Part shown: positions 1 through 11,887 of the stretch, one piece after another | How the letters are laid out: every line of letters starts with the position of its first letter | Numbering within the stretch: position 1 is the stretch's first letter | Assembly: GCF_036365525.1 (NCBI RefSeq) | Contig: NC_090380.1 | Span: forward strand, 102,819,942 to 102,883,941 | Direction of reading: 5' to 3' | DNA from: Heterodontus francisci | Lineage: Eukaryota | Length of the DNA stretch: 64,000 nt | The notes under the pieces: model-generated | What the model was told of the DNA's origin: nothing | The model's input: the letters and a program-made list of their open reading frames with translations, nothing else | Databases searched by the model: none | Translations under genes and position numbers: made by a program

Positions 1-103
1 TGGGTTGGCTGGCTGAGGGGCAACTGCAAGGAAACTCGCAGAATGGCAGGGGTGGGCACACGAATGCTGCCCTGATGAGAGAAAACAGTAGGTTCATCTC
101 CAC

Positions 104-1418
104 TTGGAGAGGCAGGGATTAATCAAGGATAGTCAGCATGGCTTTGTCCGGGGGAGATCATGCCTAACAAACTTGAATGAGTTTTTTGAGGAAGTGACTA
201 GATGTGTAGATGAGGGTAAAGCAGTAGATGTAGTTTACATGGACTTCAGTAAGACTTTTGATAAGGTCCCGCATGGGAGATTGGTTAAGAAGGTAAGAGT
301 CCATGGGATCCAGGACAATTTGGCAAATTGGATCCAAAATTAGCTTAGTGGCAGGAGGCAGAGGGTGATGGTGGAGGGTTGTTTTTGTGATTGGAAGCCT
401 GTGACCAGTGGTGTACCGCAGGGATCGGTGCAGGGACCCTTGCTGTTTGTATTGTACATTAATGATTTAGACCTGTATATAGGAGGTGTGATCAGTAATT
501 TTGCAGATGACACGAAAGTTGGTGGTGTCGTAAATAGTGAGGAGGAAAGCCTTAGATTACAGGACGATATAGATGGGCTGTTAAGATGGGCGGAGCAGTG
601 GCAAATGGAATTTAATCCTGAGAAGTGTGAGGTGATGCATTTTGGGAGGACCAACAAGGCAAGGGAATATACAATGGATGGTAGGACCCTAGGAATTAGA
701 GAGTCAGAGGGACCTTGGTGTACTTGTCCATAGATCACTGAAGGCAGTAGCACAGGTAGATAAGGTGGTTAGGAAGGCATATGGGATACTTGCCTTTATT
801 AGCCGAGGCATCGAATATAAGAGCAGGGAGGTTATGATGGAGCTGTACAAAACGCTAGTTAGGCCACAGCTGGAGTACTGTGTACAGTTCTGGTCACCAC
901 ACTATAGAAAGGATGTGATTGCACTGGAGAGGGTGTGGAGGAGATTCACCAGGATGTTGCCTGGGCTGGAGCATTTCAGCTATGAAGAGAGACTGAAAAG
1001 GTTAGGGTTGTTTTCCTTAGAGCAGAGAAGGCTGAGGGGGGACCTGATTGAGGTGTACAAAATTATGAAGGGCATTGATAGAATAGATAGGAAGAAACGT
1101 TTTCCCTTAGCGGAGGGATCAATAACCAGGGGGCATAGATTTAAGGTAAGGGGCAGGAGGTTTAGAGGGGATTTGAGGAAAAAGTTTTTCACCCAGAGGG
1201 TGGTTGGAATCTGGGAACGCACTGCCTGAAGAGGTGGTAGAGGCAGGAAACCTAACGACATTTAAGATGTATTTAAATGAGCACTTGAAACACCATAGCA
1301 TACAAGGCTACGGACCAAGTGCTGGAAAATGGGATTAGAATAGATAGCTGCTTGATGGTTGGCATGGACACGGTGGGCTGAAGGGCCTGTTTCTGTGCTG
1401 TATAACTCTATGACTCTA
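104..1418 (+). mobile_element. CR1 LINE, 5'-truncated ORF2 (RT and C-terminus), decayed
   Basis: SQHGF..SCLTNL, DFSKTFDKVPH, GVPQGS, FADDTK, LEYCVQFWSPHY, with stops and frameshifts; 3' tail gggcctgtttctgtgctgtataactctatgactct. Confidence 0.95.
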
Positions 1419-1938
1419 AGACTGTATGCTCCACAGAGCCACTGCCACTCCCCGGTGGCAGCAGCTCACCAATCCTGGTAATCTGCTCGAGCACGGATTG
1501 CTGAACTGCTGCAAGGGCCTTTGAGTACTGAAATCTACAGCCATGATGGCAGCAGTCAGAGCCTTCATGGCAGCAAGCATGGATCTCATGACCTCCATTG
1601 GAGTTTCCATGGCAGCAGTGAGTGGAAGTGTTGCAGCGGAATCTGAGATAACAGTCACCAGATGCTGCATCACGACTGAGCCTGCTAGTGTTGTCATGGA
1701 GTTGGCCATCACTTCCATGGTGGAAAAGATGGACTCCGTGCTATGTGCAATTCGCTGTGCCACATTGGAGCTAATTCCTCCATGCTCCTAGCCAGTGGAG
1801 GCTGTCTGGCTGTGTAAGATTTAGGTTTGGGAGGCACAGAAGGAGGTCGAAACTAATAAGTAATTTCAAAGTGGTTTATTAAGAAGCAATGGTTTAAATA
1901 TAATGAATATAAAAAAGTAGTAATTTAAATATGATGAT

Positions 1939-2272
1939 GCGGCACAGTGGCGCAGTGGTTAACATCACAGCCTCATAGCTCCAGTGACCCAGGTTCGGTT
2001 CTGGGTACTGCCTGTGCAGAATTTGCAAGTTCTCCCTGTGACCACGTGGGTTTCCGCCGGGTGCTCCGGTTTCCTCCCACAGCCAAAGACTTGCAGGTTG
2101 ATAGGTAAATTGTTCATTGTAAATTGCCCTGAGTGTAGGTAGGTGGTAGGAGAATGGTGCGGATGTGGTAGGGAATATGGGATTAATGTATGATTAGTAT
2201 AAATGGGCGGTTGTTGGTCGGCACAGACTCGGTGGGCCGAAGGGCCTGTTTCAGTGCTGTATCTCTCTCTCT
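1939..2272 (+). mobile_element. HE1-type V-SINE
   Basis: tRNA-like head (TGGCGCAGTGG ... GGTTCG), V-domain core gggtttcc..gggtgctccggtttcctcccaca, and CR1-derived tail gggccgaagggcctgtttcagtgctgtatctct. Confidence 0.9.
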
Positions 2273-2366
2273 ATGGTTAATTAATAAGCTAAATAGATAG
2301 AAGAGATATACAAGCTGTGAAAGATGATTTTGCAGTTGATTACTGCTGCTGGAAGAACAGTCTTTT

Positions 2367-2375
2367 CTCTCTCTC

Positions 2376-2410
<35 letters not shown>
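2367..2410. repeat. (CT)n microsatellite
   Basis: Read directly; explains the ERERER ORF at 2281..2502. Confidence 0.95.
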
Positions 2411-3564
2411 GTCTTTTCGCCTTCTCCAGTTAGCCGAGGTGTCAGGAAGCTCTCTATCTTCTGCCAGACGGGGCTGCTGTCGTTTCTCCTCTGAATATTC
2501 ATTGATATACCTTATTTTTGGGGCTGGGAGTTCACCTTATGTCAGTCAATAGTTTGAACCCTTCTAACCAATGAATAGAGGACAGGTACCCCAGGTGTCA
2601 GAGGTCACCTCCTCGTTGTCCATCATTCTGCCCCCGCCCCCCCCAAAAGTCACCTGTCACCTTATCTCGTACTTGGTATTGTTTGTAAACTTCGGCCAGA
2701 CACTTGTCTAGAGATGGTTCGAGGCTCTATCTAATCAGCTTTAGGAATGTCTTGTTTCAGAGTCTGTGTTAGAGTTATGTCCTTGGCACAGATAACAGGC
2801 CTTCGCTGTCCTAGCTGCCTGCTATAGAATCTTTCTTAATAAGAAAGAGAGAACTATTTCTTTAAGAATTCTATATTAATTCTAAATATGAGAAGTATCA
2901 GTTATTAAAGGACCCATTTCTTACAGCTGGCCTGCTTATGCACCAAGCATCTTGATGTGGATCATCATCTATGCCACCCCATCAAAGTCCTCATCTGAAT
3001 CTCCTGTCACAGAACGCATCTGCGACCTTGGCCCCGGTGAGCTGATACATGAGCTATCTTTTCCCTCTGGGCCTGGCAGCAGCCCACGTGAGCTCGGTGA
3101 CTCACCATGTGCAGATCCAGATTCTACACTGGTGTCTAAGAAATGCACAGTGCCAATATCTGAGCTAGTGGCTGTAAGTGTCAGATCAAGTGGTGTGGTC
3201 TTCATCAGTGGTGTGGTCTTACTCACTCTTCCTCCTGGCTGTGCTATTGTTGGGCAGGCAGCAGTTCTTGGGTATCTAAAAGCATAACATCAGAAGGGAG
3301 GGTTTAGGTAAAGGAAGGGTGAGTGGGGTGTAAAGCAAGATGTCCATGGTCACATCATTGACAGCTTGCACATCATGCCAGGTGGCAGGATGAGGGTGGG
3401 CCGGAGTTGAGAAGGGGCATAAAGCAGTAACTTGCTGTAAGATTTGGCCCGGGAGTCACAGATTACCCAAAAGGAGGTCAAAGTCATAGGTGGTTTTAAA
3501 GCAGTTTATTAAGAAGCAATAATTTAGATAGAATACATAAGCTAAATAGATAGAAAAGACATAC

Positions 3565-4234
3565 GACCCATAACAGGTGAGAATGGTTTACCAGTCCTGG
3601 ATTGGTCGAATGTATGGGGGAAGTAGAGGGATGCTGATCCCCATAGCTGGCAGCAGCAGTCCCCTCAGAGCAGTTTATTGGTCCCAATTGGATGAATATG
3701 GGGGAGATATGCGTGGAAAGTTCTTTACGCAGAGGGTGGTGGGTGCCTGGAACGCGTTGCCAGCGGAGGTGGTAGACGCGGGCACGATAGCGTCTTTTAA
3801 GATGTATCTAGACAGATAAATGAATGGGCAGGAAGCAAAGAGATACAGACCCTTAGAAAATAAGCGACAGGTTTAGATAGAGGATTTGGATCGGCGCAGG
3901 CTTGGAGGGCCGAAGGACCTGTTCCTGTGCTGTAATTTTCTATGTTCTTTGAATAGTTGGATGAAGCAGAGTAATGCTGAGATCTGTCATGATTGTATGT
4001 ATGGGCTTGAGTATTAGAGAATATATGGTACTTAGAAGGGAAACTGAAAGTAGTTTTGTGCTTTGGGGAAAACACCTGGCCAGGGCATTATTGTAACGTC
4101 AGACAAGCATATGCTGCAGTAGTGAGCACAGTGAACAGAACGCTTCAGAAGTCTCTAATAAAACACTTGTTAAATCTTTGTTAAAGTTAGATTTATGATT
4201 TCAAGTGTGAATCATTTCAGCTTGGGATGTGACA
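3565..4234 (+). mobile_element. LTR-like insertion (5' end degraded) containing a young CR1 3' fragment at ~3700-3950
   Basis: Interrupts the host LTR; AATAAA at ~4157 and a ...TGTGACA end. The CR1 piece DMRGKFFTQRVVGAWNALP is nearly identical to 37400-38090 and 44707-45257. Confidence 0.5.
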
Positions 4235-4523
4235 AGCTCTGTAGCTGACGGTCGCAGTCTCCTCTGCTCTCTGTCTTCTTGAGATAACCAAGGGGTTACG
4301 CCGGAGCCAGCTTGGATCCACCCCAGAAAGTTCTCCTTTATCCTATTGTCTTCTTGAGCTAACCGAGGTTATAGGCCAAAGCCAGCATGGATCTACGTTG
4401 GAAAGCTCTTTTCTGTCTACAGTGGTTTTTTTCCCTCCCGACAGCCTGTTTATATGCCTTATTGCTAGGGCGCTGGTGGGTGTCTCATGCCAATCACCTA
4501 TTCAATTATCCATTTAGTAAGGG

Positions 4524-7500
4524 GAGGTGGTGGCGTAGTGGTATTGTCATTGAACTAGTAACCCAGAGACCCAGGGTATTGCTCTGGGGTCATGGGTTCG
4601 AATCCCACCACGGCAGAAGGTGGAATTTGAATTCAATTAGTAAAAAAAAAAAAGTCTGGAATTAAAAACTAATCTAATGATGGCATGAAACCATTGTCGA
4701 TTGTTGTAAAAACCCATCTGGTTCATTAATGTCCTTTAGGGAAGGAAATCTGCTGTCCTTGTCTACATGCGGCTCCAGACTCACAGCAAGTTTGACTCTT
4801 ACATGCCCTCTGAAAGGGCCTATCATGCCACTCCGTTGTATATAATGGCTATGAAGTCAATAAGGAATGAAACCCGGATGGACCACCCGGCATCGACCTA
4901 GGCACCGGAAACCACAATGGCAAACCCAGCCCAGTCAACCCTGCAAAGTCCTCCTTACTAACATCTGGGGGCTTGTGCCAAAGTTGGGAGAGCTGTCCCA
5001 CAGACTAGTCAACCAGCAGCCTGACATAGTCATACTCACGGAATCATACCTCCTAGACACTGCCATCATCCCCGGTTCTGTCCCGTCCCATTGGCAGGAC
5101 AGAGCCAATGAGGTGGTGTCACAGTGGTATACAGTCAAGAGGGAGTTACCCTGAGTCCTCAACATTGACTCCGGACCACATGGAGTCTCATGGCATCAGG
5201 CCAAACATGGGCAAGGAAACCTCCTGCTGATTACCACCTACTGCCCGGGCCCCCACCTCAGCAGACGAATCAGTATGCCTCCATGTTGAACAGCACTTGG
5301 AGGAAGCATTGAGGGTGGTAAGGGCACAGAATGTACTCTGGGTGGGGGACTTCAACTTTCATCACCAAGAGTGACTTGGTAGCACCACTCTTGACCGAGT
5401 CCGAAAGAACATAGCTGCTAGACTGGGTCTGTGGCATGTGGTGAGGGAACCAACAAGAGGGAAAAATATACTTGACCATGCATCTGCCCATAACCGTATT
5501 GGTAGGAGTGACCACCGCACAGTCCTTGTGGAGACAAAGTCCCATCTTCACATTGAGGATACCCTCCATCGTGTTGTGCGACAATACCACCGTGCTAAAT
5601 AGGATAAATTTTGAACAGCTCTAGGAATGCAAAACTGAGCATCCATGAGGTGCTGTGGGCCATCAGCAGCAGCAGAATTGTATTCAACCACAATCCGTAA
5701 CCTGATGGCCCAGCATATCCCTCACTCTACCATTACCATCAAGCCGGGTGACCAACCTTGGTTCAATGAAGAGTGAAGGAGGGCATGTCAAAATGAGGTG
5801 CAAACCTGTGAAGCTACAACCCAGGGCTACATGCATGCCAAACAGCAGAAGCAGCTTGCGACAGACAGAGCTAAGTGAGCCCATAACCAATGGATCAGAT
5901 CTAAGCTCTGCAGTTCTGCCATATCCAGTCGTGAATGGCGGTAGACAATTAACTGGAGGAGGTGGCTCCACAAATATCCCCATCCTCAATGATGAGGGAG
6001 CCCAGCACATCAGTGCAAAAGATAAGGCTGAAGCATTTGCAACAATCTTCAGCCAGAAGTGCCGAGTTGATGATCCATCTCGGCCTCCTCCTGAAGTCCT
6101 CAGCATCACAGATGCCAGTCTTCAGCCAATTCGATTCATTCCACGTGATATCAAGAAACGACTGAAGGCACTGGATACTGCAAAGGCTATGGGCCCTGAC
6201 AACATTCCAGCAATAGTACTGCAGACCTGTGCTCCAGAACTTGCCGCGCCCCTAGCCAAGCTGTTCCAGTACAGCTACAACACTGGCATCTACCCAGCAA
6301 TGTGAAAAATTGCCCAGGTATCTCCTGTACATGAAAAGCAGGACAAATCCGACCCAGCCAATTAGTGTCCCATCAGTCTACTCTCAATCATCAGCAAAGT
6401 GATGGAAGATGTTGTCAACAGTGCTATCAAGCAACTCTTGCTTAGCAATAACCTGCTACCTGACGCTCAGTTTGGGCTCTGCCAGGACCACTGAGCTCCA
6501 GACCTCATTGCAGCCTTGGTTCAAACATGGACAAAAGAGCTGAACTCCAGAGGTGAGGTGAGAGTGACTGCCTTTGTCATCAAGACAGCATTTGACCGAG
6601 TATGGCATCAAGGAGTCCGAGTAAAACTGGAGTCGATGGGAATCGGGGGGAAAATTCTCCCCTGGTTGGAGTCATACCTAGGAAGATGGTTGTGGTTGTT
6701 GCAGGTCAATCATCTGAGCTCCAGGACATCACTGCAGTAGTTCCTCAGGGCAGTGTCCAATCCTTTCCTGCTGCTTCATCAATGACCTTCCTTCAATCAT
6801 AAGATCAGAAGTGGAGATGTTTGCTGATAGCACAATGTTCAGCACCGTTCGCAACTCCTCAGATACTGAAGCAGTCCGTGTAGAAATGCAACAAGACCCG
6901 GACAATATCCGGGCTGATAAGTGGCAAGTAACATTCGTGCCACACAAGTGCCAGGCAATGACCATCTCCAACAAGAGAGAATCTAACCATCTCCCATTGA
7001 CATTCAATGACATTACCATTGCTGAACCCCCCACTATCAACATCCTAGGGGTTACCATTGACCAGAAACTGAACTGGAGTAGCCATATAAATACCGTGGC
7101 TACAAGAGCAGGTCAGAGGCTAGGAATCCTGGCTCCCCAAAGCCTGTCCACTATCTACAAGACACAAGTCAGGAGTGTGATGGAATACTCTCCACTTGCC
7201 TGGATGGGTGCAGCTGCAACAACATTTAAGAAGCTCGACACCATCCAGGACAAATCAGCTTGCTTGATTGTCACTTCATCCACAAATATTCACTCCCTCC
7301 ACCACCGACGCACAGTGGCAGCAATGTGTACCATCTACAAGATGCACTGCAGCAACAACCAAGGCTCCTTAGACAGCAACTTCCAAACCCACGACCTCTA
7401 CCACCTAGAAGGACACGGGCAGCAGATACATGGGAACACCACCACCTGCAAGTTGCCCTCCAAGCCACACATGATCCTGACGTGGAAATATATCGCCGTT

Positions 7501-8751
7501 CTGTGGGATTGGAATTCCTTCCCCACCCCCTCAACTGGACTTTAAATCTGGACTTTATGAAATATGGGGAAAAACCCCAACCCCCACTGACACTACTACT
7601 GTGGATAAAAGCCAAATCTCAACACAAAACAGAGAGGCAGGCTGCAATCCAAGGGGTCAATTTCAAACATTTCAACATCACAACAGAACTGATACTGTTA
7701 AAGGACTGGAATTTGGGATATTATCATAACAGTGACACAGGATAACTGCCATCATGTAACCCAATTATGTAATTGGGGCGGCCATTGTTACAACTAACCG
7801 GCTCCAGACCATAGCAATCACTCCTGTCAAGGCAGGAGAGAAACCTTTTTATGTATATCAGCTCTGGAGCCTGGAATACCTCACCTTGGTGGAATTCATT
7901 ATTCTCGGTTATAGAAATAACATCAGCACTGAGTGGATCTGTCTGGACGAGGCAGGTAACAAATGAAAGAGATTAAAATGTGCTAAGCGCTGACCATCCA
8001 GCAGGATGGCTTCAGGAGCTGCGTTTATGATATTTCGATAAGGATCATCATAAAAAGAACAAGATCGAAGGGTTTGGCAGTGCAGTCAAGAAGAAGGGTC
8101 AGGAAAGGTTAGCCTGGCTCATGGACCTGCAGATCCTCAACGGAAGGGCCAACCGCGTGGAGGATTGTAAGTTATCAGCCACGTCCAAGGGGTATTTGGG
8201 GCTGAGAGTTTAAAGCAATTTTAAGTGTAACAACTAAATTCTGGGAGGGTTTGGGTTTTGAATTGAGTGAGTTTGGGACAGAAACGTGGGGCTTTGCCTG
8301 TGGCTTTTTGAAAAAGGTTTATCTTAAGTCGTGGTGACTTGTGTGTTTGGGTGGGAGCCGAGGTTAAATCGTGGAGGGATTTAAATCGGAATAACCAATC
8401 AAGGTGTCATGTGATGTCCTTTAAATTAGTTTAGAGGTCTTTGTATCAGGGTGTTAGGAGGGTTTTTATAAACAAGTTTGTGGTTCAGCCCAACCCTGTG
8501 TTTGTGCAATTTGTCCTTTATAAAATCATAAAAGACAAGAACCATCAGCAAGGGGAGAAATGGGTTCCTTCACTGTCACTGGGTCAAAATCCTGGAAATA
8601 CCTTCCTAACAGCACTGTGGGTGTACCTATCCCACAAGGACTGTAGCGGTTCAAAAAGGCAGCTCACCACCACCTTCTCAAGGGCAATTAGGGATGGGCA
8701 ATAAATGCTGGCCTAGCCAGTGACACCCACATCCCAGGAACAAATTTAAAA
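4524..8751 (+). mobile_element. Apparently full-length CR1-group LINE with tRNA-like 5' head and a single decayed EN-RT ORF (no ORF1)
   Basis: A box TGGCGTAGTGG 4531-41, B box GGTTCGAATCC 4595-4605. APE N-terminus VLLTNIWGL..PDIVILTESYL from ~4945, then GDFN, RT motifs AFDRVWH, PQGSV, MFAD, and C-term QVRSVMEY. 3' tail gggcaattagggatgggcaataaatgctggcc. AAGGG repeated at 4519-23 and 8752-56. Confidence 0.85.
7502..8563. mobile_element. Unclassified ~1.06-kb LTR-like insertion in the LINE 3' end
   Basis: The LINE resumes exactly after it; GTTC duplicated at 7498-7501 and 8564-8567; begins TGTGGG but lacks a terminal CA; no coding similarity. Confidence 0.55.
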
Positions 8752-9077
8752 AAGGGACAGATATCCAAGGTAGATCCCTCCTATTTCTGTCTGAAGCCCA
8801 TGAAGCCATCTCGTGGCTTACATCCCGTTAACCTTTACTCAAGACAGTTGGTTTAGATATGGGTCATGAGTTCCCACCTTATCAGGCTGAGGAATGTCTT
8901 GCACATAGCCAGTTCTAGAGTCATGTCCTTGGCAGAGATAACAGGCCTACGCTGTTCTGTGCCTGTCAGCCCAGCAAGCTGCTATAGAATCTTAATAATA
9001 GAGAGCTATTTCTCTAATATTCAATTAATTTCTTAAGCTATTATAAGGTTATTAGATAGCCATTTCTTACAATACCA

Positions 9078-9424
9078 CCACCTCTGCACCAGAAGAGATC
9101 CCAATGATTCAAGTAGCTGAAGGCCTCCCGCCAACACCAGCTCTTTAGCCACTCATTCATTTGCCTTATCCTCCTATTCTTACCCACACTAGCACGTGGC
9201 ACAGGGAGTAAGCCTGAGGTTACAACCCTGGAGGTCCTGCTTTTTATCTTTCTGCCTAACTCCCTATATTTACTTTGCAGGACCTCATCTCTCTTCCTGC
9301 CTATGCCGTTAGTGCTAATATGGACCACGACCTCTGGCTGCTCACCCTCCCCTTTCAGAATGTCCTGCAGCCGCTCCGAAACATCGTTGACCCTAGCACC
9401 AGGGAGGCAACATACCATCCTGGG
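9078..9424 (-). mobile_element. CR1 ORF1 (SGNH esterase) fragment
   Basis: MVCCLPGARV..VVVHISTNGIG..VVTSGLLPVP..HWDLFW. Confidence 0.9.
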
Positions 9425-9825
9425 CTGCCCGCCTCGATAGGAATGGGTGTGGACAGATCATGAATCATGATCTCCATGACCGAAAACAGTCGTGAGTCAA
9501 TTTTTAGCCGAAGATATATCAATAAAATAACTTTCACTATCTATCTGTCTGTCTTGCACTCAGCACATGTCCATCACACATAAAATGTTGTTTGGTTCAA
9601 ACATCTTCGGAACAACTCAAAGAAACATTTGCTTCACTGTCTGAGGCATTTAAATTTCTTTCAGAAACCATAATATTTCCCTCCACCATCCCAATAGCTT
9701 AATTTCAGCCTCATGATGAGCAAAAGGTTTTTTTTTAAAGCATTAAAACTTATTTTGTTTTAAATGTAACTTTCTCTTGCTTAAGGTTAAAAAAAAACAT
9801 TTTTCTCTTTGAACTAAAAATCAGT

Positions 9826-10715
9826 TTAAGCAAAGCTGAGGTCCTGTATCAGCCTGCACCCCAGGAAGAATATAGACCACCAAGCATTGTCATCGAGGGA
9901 ACCAAGCTGAGTGCAGTTAAACAATTTACCTATTTGGGGAGTGTCATCTCGTTTGATGCCACCATAGATAGGGAAGTGGACAATAGGCTTCCAAAAGCAA
10001 ACAGTACATTTGGCAGACTCTACAAATGAGTGGAGTAACACCAGCCTCAGAGCACAGACCAAACTCAAAGTGTACAAAGCCATAGTCCTCACCATCCTTC
10101 TGTATGACGGTGAGTCATGGGTCCTATACCGCCATCATGTACGCCTTCTAGAGCGCTTCCATCAGCGCTGCCTCCACAGCATCCTCATGATCGCTGGCAG
10201 GACCTCATCACAAACATTGAAGTCCTGGAAACAGCCAACATCACCAGCATTGTGACCATCCTCCTGCAAAGCCAACTGCGTTGGGCAGGTCACGTTGTCT
10301 GGATGGACGACAGTTGCCTGCCCAAGATCATGTTGTATGGAGAGCTGACCACTGGTAAAAGTAACAGAGGAGCCCCATGCAAATGTTTCAAGGACTCCCT
10401 GAAGAAGTCCCTCTCTCTGTGTCACATCGACCATTGCCAGTGTGAAGCGCGGGCCATAGATCATGATGCCTGGAGAAGCTACATCAAGAGGGCTACAGAC
10501 ACCTTTGAGACTGAGCGAAGAACTAGCATGTGAAAGAGAAAAGGAGGAGAAGGATAGATCTAATTGTCCCCAGCGGCAACTACACCTTCACTTGTACCCG
10601 CTGTGGGAGAATCTGCGGTCATGGATAGGCCTGACTAGCCACCAGCAGGTCTGCAATCAATTGAGTACAACCTTCCTAAAACCTTCGTCTGTGAAGGAAT
10701 GCCAAGAAAGAAGGT
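9826..10715 (+). mobile_element. RTE-clade LINE, 3' fragment
   Basis: YLGSVIS, TKLKVYKAIVLTILLYDGESW, LERFHQRCL, QLRWAGHV..LPKIMLYGEL, a C-terminal CxxC..IGLTSH zinc-finger remnant, and a short 3' UTR ending gccaagaaagaag. Confidence 0.9.
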
Positions 10716-10804
10716 AAAAATAATTATTAAATGCAGAGCAATGCTACTATCAACTTGTCACAGGCACCACTTTGAATGTGGGAATGATCGGAGTGTCAGG
10801 GATC

Positions 10805-10893
10805 TCCACAGATGCTGCCAGACCTGCTGAGTATTTCCAGCATTTTCTGTTTTTATTTCCGATTTCCAGCATCTGCAGTATTTCGCTTTTATT
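10805..10893 (+). mobile_element. Penelope-like element 3' end fragment
   Basis: ctccacagatgctgccagacctgctgagtatttccagcatttt...gcttttatt, the same tail as the GIY-YIG-bearing copy at 36797-37400. Confidence 0.8.
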
Positions 10894-10993
10894 ACTTCAC
10901 CAGATCTGTTGGCAGGGGGTTGAATTTTATGCAGCCAGTGAGGGTCCTGATGCTGGGCATAAAAGGCGTGGGGAACCCTGCTTAGGCCATTCT

Positions 10994-11398
10994 GGTGACA
11001 GTGGTGTTGTAGTAATGTCACTGAACTAGTAATCCAGAGACCTAGCCAATGCCCTGCAGACATGGGTTCAAATTCCACCATGGCAGCTGGTGGAATTTAA
11101 ATTCAATTAATGAATTAAAAAAATTTGGAATTGAAAGCTCCTCTCACTAATAGCGTCATGAAACTGTCATCAGTTGTTGTAAAAATGCATCTGGTTCACT
11201 AATGTCCTTTAGGGAAGGAAATCTGCTGTCCTTACCTGGTCTGGCCTACATGTGACTCCAGACCCATAGCAATGTGGTTGACTCTTAACTGCCCTCTGAA
11301 ATGTCCGAGCAAGCCACTCAGTTTTCAAGGGCAATTAGGGATGGGCAACAAATGTTGGCTTTGCCAGCGACGCCCACATCCCATGAAAGAATAAAAGA
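10994..11398 (+). mobile_element. SINE made of the head and body of the 4524 LINE joined to its last ~75 nt
   Basis: Colinear with 4524-4835 (ctggttcactaatgtcctttagggaaggaaatctgctgtcctt), then caagggcaattagggatgggcaa as at 8678-8750. Confidence 0.85.
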
Positions 11399-11887
11399 AT
11401 TATATTTGTCAACACCGCATAGCGATGCGGATAAGATTAATGGGATAAAAATATATTTGTTATGCTAAACACAGACTGATCTATAAGGGAAGCACATTGT
11501 TTGCTGCTGTAGATGAAGAAGATATAAGAAAAAGGGTATTTACATTCATCGTCATCTTTTCCTTTTTACTGAAGTGGTGTGTTGAATCACTGTGCCCTGT
11601 GACTTCTTAACAAGAGGGTGCATACCTGCAATTAATTCTAGAGAGATTACTAGGAATCTTTTCAAGCAAAGCATTATTAGAAGATGGAAGGCTTTATCAG
11701 AAGTGACTGCTGAAGCTGAGTGAATCATAAAGAGGGGATTAAATAAACACTTAAAAATAGAGCATCATTAGATAGATGAGGTGGGTTGCAGTGATCCACA
11801 AAGATCCACAATTGTCCCGATCATTCTATTGTTGGCTACAGGTTATCATCAATCATGGCCTAAATAACCATTCTGGGCTGCTCTTAG

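Larger units (their letters stand above)
1813..2925 (-). mobile_element. Solo LTR with 4-bp TSD, interrupted by an HE1 SINE
   Basis: Termini TGTAAGA...TCTTACA (perfect 7-bp inverted ends); TSD GCTG at 1809-1812 and 2926-2929; AATAAA on the - strand (~1875); internal (CT)n. Confidence 0.85.
3436..9071 (-). mobile_element. Second LTR related to 1813-2925, split by nested insertions (LTR pieces ~3436-3564, ~4235-4523, 8757-9071)
   Basis: Starts TGTAAGA, ends TCTTACA. Pieces are colinear with 1813-2925 (gtttattaagaagcaat; gctaaatagatagaa; atgtccttggca.agataacaggcct; gctatagaatctt). Flanks ttgc/atac do not form a TSD. Confidence 0.65.

Noticed and set aside
1419-3435. Met/Ala-rich and Ser/Thr-rich - strand ORFs (1416..1763, 2969..3226) as host exons
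   Set aside because: Split by an LTR and a CR1 with no recognisable domain. Probably a decayed transposon accessory gene (possibly Harbinger), but I cannot support a call.
4524-4612. Genuine tRNA gene at the LINE or SINE heads
   Set aside because: No clean acceptor stem or downstream T-run terminator, and the head is continuous with the repeat body.
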